From the NCBI GenBank assembly GCA_028817775.1, contig JAPPOW010000177.1, positions 1 to 34,899 of the forward strand: DNA of 34,899 bases, read 5' to 3'. The notes beneath the pieces are model-generated. The model was not told the DNA's origin, searched no databases, and saw nothing but the letters and a program-made list of their open reading frames with translations. A program made the translations under genes and the position numbers. This stretch comes from Candidatus Melainabacteria bacterium (lineage in GTDB: Bacteria > Cyanobacteriota > Vampirovibrionia > LMEP-6097). Shown one piece after another: positions 32,720 to 34,899 of this stretch; position 1 is the first letter of the stretch; each line of letters starts with the position of its first letter.

Positions 32720-33811
32720 ATGACCGTATCAGCAAACACAGCAGCAATATTTCATAATCTCGACATTGCACAACACAAGCAAACTTGTGACACTCACAAT
32801 GAAACTAATAAACTTAGACATGGCGTCCCAACTGAAGGACTAGTCACCAGATTTGAACAAACTGAAAGTCCACAAGCAATCAAAGAAAAACTTGAGCTAT
32901 TACTGAAACAACATGGACTAGATGATGATTATAAAGTTACTTTAAATGAAAGCGACGGTGAAGGAAACAAAGCGCTGCCAGTTCTGATTAATGAAGCTCA
33001 CTTAAACCCACACTCGCAAGGACTACATGGGAAATTAGCCTCTTTTCTTTTAGAGGCATATATCAATGCTGAAACCTTCAACTCTGATCTTCTAATTGAA
33101 GGTTGTAGAAGTTTTAAGGGAAGTAGTCACCTTGGTTTTGAAGATACTGTACTTAGGCAAATACCAGGTTTAATTGCAAGATCGACGGAGTCACTATCCG
33201 ACTTCTTTGATTTTCTAATTGCTGATTCATTACATTATCAAGCTAGAGCACGCATTCTACATTACAATGCTTTCGCTGATCCAATGAATGCATTGCAATA
33301 CCAAGCAGCAGCTCAAATATCTACAGCAAGAACTCAGCAAGATATAAATATGATCGGCAGATTTTTGCTCAACGAGGCTAGTAGTCCTACTCTTAGTCAA
33401 GAACAAAGAACAGAATTAATACAAGCTTGTAATCAAAGGATGGTACAAAAATTAATTGAGCTTGCTCCTGGCATAGAAAATCAACTGTGCAACATAGAAG
33501 TGGGAAACGAAGTAGCAGGTTTTTCATTTATTGGTTTTAAGATGGTAGAGCCAGAGGCAATTACCCAGAATACAGGTGCTGAACTAACATCAATACTTCA
33601 TGCTACTGAACAAATAACTGATGATGCGTTTAACCAAAGAAACGCTGGTATAAAAGACAGCATTGCCAAAGCAGGTCCACACTGTTTTCCAGTCAAAATT
33701 GGATTATTACATAAACCAGGAGTAGAAACTGAACTTAAAGGATCAGGAATAAGCTACATAGCAATAGAGCCTAAGGACCTAGAAGACTTTCAAAAAAAAT
33801 ACGTAAGTTAA
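32720..33811 (+). CDS. hypothetical protein (363 aa)
   Basis: Track ORF 32678 trimmed to ATG 32720, one nucleotide after the aminotransferase stop. No signal peptide, TM segment or known motif. Its stop overlaps the DUF1805 stop (TTAA at 33808-33811). Confidence 0.6.
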   Translation: MTVSANTAAIFHNLDIAQHKQTCDTHNETNKLRHGVPTEGLVTRFEQTESPQAIKEKLELLLKQHGLDDDYKVTLNESDGEGNKALPVLINEAHLNPHSQGLHGKLASFLLEAYINAETFNSDLLIEGCRSFKGSSHLGFEDTVLRQIPGLIARSTESLSDFFDFLIADSLHYQARARILHYNAFADPMNALQYQAAAQISTARTQQDINMIGRFLLNEASSPTLSQEQRTELIQACNQRMVQKLIELAPGIENQLCNIEVGNEVAGFSFIGFKMVEPEAITQNTGAELTSILHATEQITDDAFNQRNAGIKDSIAKAGPHCFPVKIGLLHKPGVETELKGSGISYIAIEPKDLEDFQKKYVS

Positions 33812-34086
33812 AACTTCCTCAAAGCTTGAGCACCTGTCATCCCAACTTCAACCCCAAGCTCTCCAGCAGCAGTGCTAAATCTAACCACTTCAGCATCAAG
33901 CATATCCTGGTAAGTTTCAACACCAGTAACGATAGCAACTGCCTCGCCTAAAATTTCTGCTGTTGCAATATCGAAGTAACCACAACCAAGGAAACCTTTC
34001 TCACCTTTGATCAAAAGTATATTAGCTTTGGAGCTCGGAATAGTGCTCGCTTCAAAACTGATACCGTCAACTTCAACTCTGTCCAT
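33808..34086 (-). CDS. DUF1805 (YunC-like) protein
   Basis: 92 aa. VEVDGISFEA...LLIKGEKGFLGCGYFDI...VTGVETYQDMLDA aligns by eye with the B. subtilis YunC-type family as I remember it. Confidence 0.72.
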   Translation of the reverse strand: MDRVEVDGISFEASTIPSSKANILLIKGEKGFLGCGYFDIATAEILGEAVAIVTGVETYQDMLDAEVVRFSTAAGELGVEVGMTGAQALRKF

Positions 34087-34123
34087 GACCTGTATTATAT
34101 CGCGTGCTAGAATTGGGGATTCA

Positions 34124-34899
34124 ATGGGCTACCTTAAACATCAATACGGCGACAACTATCACATAATTGATGATGTTTTTTTGCATACTCACCTAGCTAA
34201 TTTAAGCAAGGACAAAACCAAACAACCAATAATTAACTATATAGTTCGTGATCTATATACACACCTTATTAAAGAAGTCATCAATCATGAATTCCCAAGC
34301 AAGACTGATACCGTACGCAGCCGTATGGCAAACCTTGATGAACGCGGCTACTGGACTGGTGAAATTATTGAACCTGAGACACGGGCGATTGTGGTTGACA
34401 TTGCTCGTGCTGGCACCTTACCAAGTGAACTCTGTTTCACCACTCTCAATCAAACTCTTAATCCTGAGCTTGTACGTCAAGATCATATCTATATGGCAAG
34501 GGAAACCAATGAAGCTGGTGAAGTAACTGGTGTCTCATGGGCAGGTTCTAAAATTGGTGGTGATAAAGAAGGAGCAATCGTCGTGATTCCTGATCCAATG
34601 GCTGCTACTGGCTCATCTATCTCAGCAGCACTCTCTCATTACCAAGATTCTGTTGCTGGCAAGGCAACTAAATTTATCTCAATCCATTTGATTGTTACCC
34701 CGGACTATATCCGTAAGGTCAAAGCTGAACATCCGGAATTGATTGTTTACGCTTTACGCTTGGATCGCGGTGCTAGCTCTGAAGCTGCCCTCACTGCTGA
34801 GCCTGGTGAGTTGCTTGATGAAGAGAGCGGGCTGACAGATATTCATTACATCGTTCCTGGGGCTGGTGGTCTTGGGGAGATTATGAATAATAGTTACTG
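34124..34899 (+). CDS. upp: uracil phosphoribosyltransferase family protein, 3' end beyond the window
   Basis: The frame is open from ATG 34124 to the window edge, so it is not on the ORF track. PRPP loop AIVVIPDPMAATGSS and C-terminal YIVPGAGGLGEIMNN correspond to UPRT motifs. Track ORF 34248-34526 is out of frame and spurious. Confidence 0.8.
   Translation, partial: MGYLKHQYGDNYHIIDDVFLHTHLANLSKDKTKQPIINYIVRDLYTHLIKEVINHEFPSKTDTVRSRMANLDERGYWTGEIIEPETRAIVVDIARAGTLPSELCFTTLNQTLNPELVRQDHIYMARETNEAGEVTGVSWAGSKIGGDKEGAIVVIPDPMAATGSSISAALSHYQDSVAGKATKFISIHLIVTPDYIRKVKAEHPELIVYALRLDRGASSEAALTAEPGELLDEESGLTDIHYIVPGAGGLGEIMNNSY

Noticed and set aside
34461-34484. atcctgagcttgtacgtcaagatc inside the UPRT gene resembles a family C arm (atcctgagg...cgacgtaaggatc).
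   Set aside because: It lacks the GTCA head and the loop core. The encoded LNPELVRQDH aligns without a gap to the equivalent region of known UPRTs as far as I can judge, so it is probably chance.
34248-34526. 92-aa plus-strand track ORF at the right end.
   Set aside because: It is out of frame with, and wholly inside, the open UPRT-family frame that starts at 34124 and carries clear PRPP-binding motifs.
1-34899. Looked for CRISPR arrays, tRNA/rRNA/tmRNA genes, transposases, integrases and phage genes.
   Set aside because: The repeats present are palindromic and irregularly spaced, unlike the direct repeat-spacer arrangement of a CRISPR array. I found no GGTTCGAAT-type T-arm or cloverleaf by eye, and no ORF with DDE, tyrosine or serine recombinase motifs. 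An automated scan (tRNAscan-SE, Infernal) would be needed to be certain.

Overview
This is about 35 kb of compact bacterial chromosome, roughly 40% GC by eye. I find about 34 protein-coding genes on both strands and saw no rRNA, tRNA or CRISPR array. Recognisable genes are proC, a lone flagellar-type flhA, secF, coaE, a prepilin-type protein, an orphan OppA-like lipoprotein, a LysM protein, a speH-type AdoMet decarboxylase, a TrpD-family protein, ung, an S8 subtilase, an acyl-CoA dehydrogenase, a hotdog thioesterase, an SLT-domain protein, Mrp/ApbC, a FIST plus HDOD pair, L33, a class I/II aminotransferase, DUF1805 and a partial UPRT at the right edge. Among these sit many ORFans. The largest is an 1828-aa giant protein (1148-6634) that appears to combine a catalytically dead SF2/SNF2-like core, eight degenerate ~120-135 aa helical modules and a Cys/His/Tyr-rich C-terminal domain. 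It ends stop-on-stop against flhA. Other ORFans include a six-gene minus-strand operon (22471-26822) of secreted, membrane and unknown proteins, and an Inc-like protein with a bilobed hydrophobic hairpin. Intergenic space carries at least three families of GC-rich palindromic repeats: family A (~115 bp nested palindrome, 4 copies), family B (GTCATTGCGAGG...GCAATCC arms, 6 copies) and family C (GTCATCCTGAGG arms, 2 copies). Family B copies fill all three convergent junctions that have a spacer. They also sit in frame inside two CDSs and supply the C-terminus and stop codon of a third. Two perfect 23-bp-stem palindromes lie in divergent promoter regions. All calls come from reading the sequence and from remembered family motifs. 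No database search was run, and the taxon is undetermined.
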